Shown here: positions 63,015 to 64,000 of the stretch, in pieces
Layout of the letters: each line of letters begins with the position of its first letter
Numbering within the stretch: the first letter of the stretch is position 1
Source: Chiloscyllium plagiosum
Lineage: Eukaryota
Assembly (NCBI RefSeq): GCF_004010195.1
Contig: NW_025215381.1
Coordinates: forward strand, 705,766 to 769,765
Reading direction: 5' to 3'
DNA: 64,000 nucleotides
Notes under the pieces: model-generated
Told to the model about the DNA's origin: nothing
Database searches by the model: none
What the model saw: the letters and a program-made list of their open reading frames with translations, nothing else
Translations under genes and position numbers: made by a program

Positions 63015-63066
63015 CGAGGACTTTCTTTTCCACGGCATTGGGGGAACCACTCTCCGCCTCACTCAT
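63015..63066 (-). CDS. ybx2: ybx2 exon 1 coding part: MSEAESGSPNAVEKKVL, phase 1
   Basis: gcaATGa start at 63066; donor G|gtatga; KKVL precedes the CSD as in Y-box proteins. Confidence 0.9.
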
Positions 63067-63179
63067 TGCGATTGTCCCGGTGGCAAGTTCTGGGAGCCGG
63101 GTGCCCTCCTCTGTCCACTCACTCACTCCTTGCTCCCTCCCTCCCTTCCTCGAGCTCTCTCGCCCCCTTTAGGAACCCA

Positions 63180-63365
63180 CCTTTAAGGAATTCCGAAACT
63201 TTTGCGGCAACTTTTAAAGTCCCCCGGAGGGAGGGGCGGGTTCCCATGGTCGCGCTCCTATTGGCCGTCCTGAAATTAACTCGCTGTCTCCCATTGGCGG
63301 AATCCGCCCACCGGGAAAAAAGCCGTCCATTTCAAATAAGACATTCAAACAAAACAGAGATTGGT
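63180..63365 (-). promoter_or_regulatory. CpG-rich ybx2 proximal promoter: three CCAAT boxes and GC boxes
   Basis: attgg at 63260, 63293, 63360; ggggcggg 63233-63240; ccgccc 63304-63309; local CpG enrichment just upstream of exon 1. Confidence 0.7.
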
Positions 63366-63414
63366 TCAAATTGCACTCCCCATCTTCACTCACTCAGGTT
63401 GACAGTCCGGTTTG

Positions 63415-63800
63415 GTGGGATATGGACCGGGTGCTGGCAGGTTGGACTAGATTGGGTTGGGATATCTGGTCAGCATGGACGGGTTGGACCGAAGGGTCTG
63501 TTTCTGTGCTGTACATCTCTATGACTCTAACTCACCAAACTCTCAAATTCTCCGATGCTCGTCCGACTGTACTAGCCAGACCTACCAGCTCTATCACCTG
63601 GAAATGCAAGTGCAGCAGTTACCTGGTCTCCCTGTCATAGGAAGGATGTCGTGAAACTTGAAAGGGTTCAGAAAAGATTTACAAGGATGTTGCCAGGGTT
63701 GGAGGATTTGTGCTACAGGGAGAGGCTGAACAGGCTGGGGCTGGTTTTCCTGGAGCGTTGGACGCTGAGGGGTGACCTTATAGAGATTTATAAAATCATG
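63415..63800 (+). mobile_element. CR1 fragments directly upstream of the promoter
   Basis: CR1 3' UTR 63415-63530 and KLERVQKRFTRMLPGL. Confidence 0.85.
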
Positions 63801-64000
63801 ACACAACACCAGGTTATAGTCCAACAGGTTTAATTGGAAGCACACTAGCTTTCAGAGCGTCGCTCCATCATCAGGTGATAGTGGAGAGCTCAATCCTAAC
63901 ACAGAATTTATAGCAAAAATTTACAGTGGGATGTAACTGAAATTATACATTGAAAAATTGATTGTCTGTTGAGCCTTTCATCTGTTTGATTACCATGACA
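63800..64000 (-). mobile_element. Penelope-like terminal repeat, third subfamily
   Basis: aaacctgttggactataacctggtgttgtg on the - strand, also seen near 31140, 31240 and 52820-52895. Confidence 0.8.
63843..63877 (-). ncRNA. Minimal type I hammerhead ribozyme motif with intact core
   Basis: cac-CUGAUGA-U-GGAGC-gac-GCUCU-GAAA-GC-UA-gug: stem I cac/gug, 5-bp stem II, palindromic AGCU stem III. Confidence 0.7.

Larger units (their letters stand above)
32220..63170 (-). other. ybx2: Y-box binding protein 2-like gene (11 exons, 390 aa); TSS and cleavage site approximate
   Basis: Ten in-phase GT-AG coding exons (52+64+34+96+120+195+110+208+219+75 = 1173 nt) give MSEAE..., a cold-shock domain, PVKGSPYAPNRRRFRR and alternating Arg-rich/acidic islands (FRRRPFRPRP), like FRGY2/YBX2. 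Stop in penultimate exon and a UTR-only last exon, as in vertebrate YBX genes. Confidence 0.9.

Noticed and set aside
63067..63126. N-terminal extension MSEWTEEGTR... in the ORF track
   Set aside because: It starts at GTG, not ATG. MSEAE at 63066 has a reasonable Kozak context and matches Y-box N-termini.
32220..63170. Possible fourth vertebrate YBX paralogue rather than ybx2
   Set aside because: PVKGS.YAPNRRRFRR, the PP.PYF..RFRR.PRP island and RPFRPRP are YBX2/FRGY2-type. A tree and synteny would settle it, but ybx2 is the simpler call.

Overview
Eukaryotic genomic DNA, almost certainly from a cartilaginous fish (shark), judged by the abundant HE1-type V-SINEs, CR1 LINEs and DeuSINEs. Most of the window is transposon-derived and there are four N-gaps. 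One host gene is supported: a Y-box cold-shock-domain RNA-binding gene, best matching ybx2 (FRGY2/MSY2), on the minus strand. I assembled it by hand from 10 coding exons (63066 down to 33682; 1173 nt, 390 aa) plus a non-coding last exon (32489 to ~32220), with all junctions GT-AG and in phase, and a CCAAT/GC-box promoter at ~63180-63365. The ORF track mostly shows LINE fragments and misses the spliced gene. Most notable: (i) an unusually diverged cold-shock domain (RNP1 reads NCYGFI); (ii) a duplicated exon-7 acceptor in intron 5 that could form an alternative terminal exon ending at a retroelement-donated AATAAA; (iii) many short fold-back Penelope-derived elements with minimal hammerhead-ribozyme motifs and 11-15 bp TSDs; (iv) an old ~14-unit degenerate tandem array with a dyad core just downstream of the gene. 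All family assignments come from motif recognition, not database searches. Repeat boundaries are approximate.
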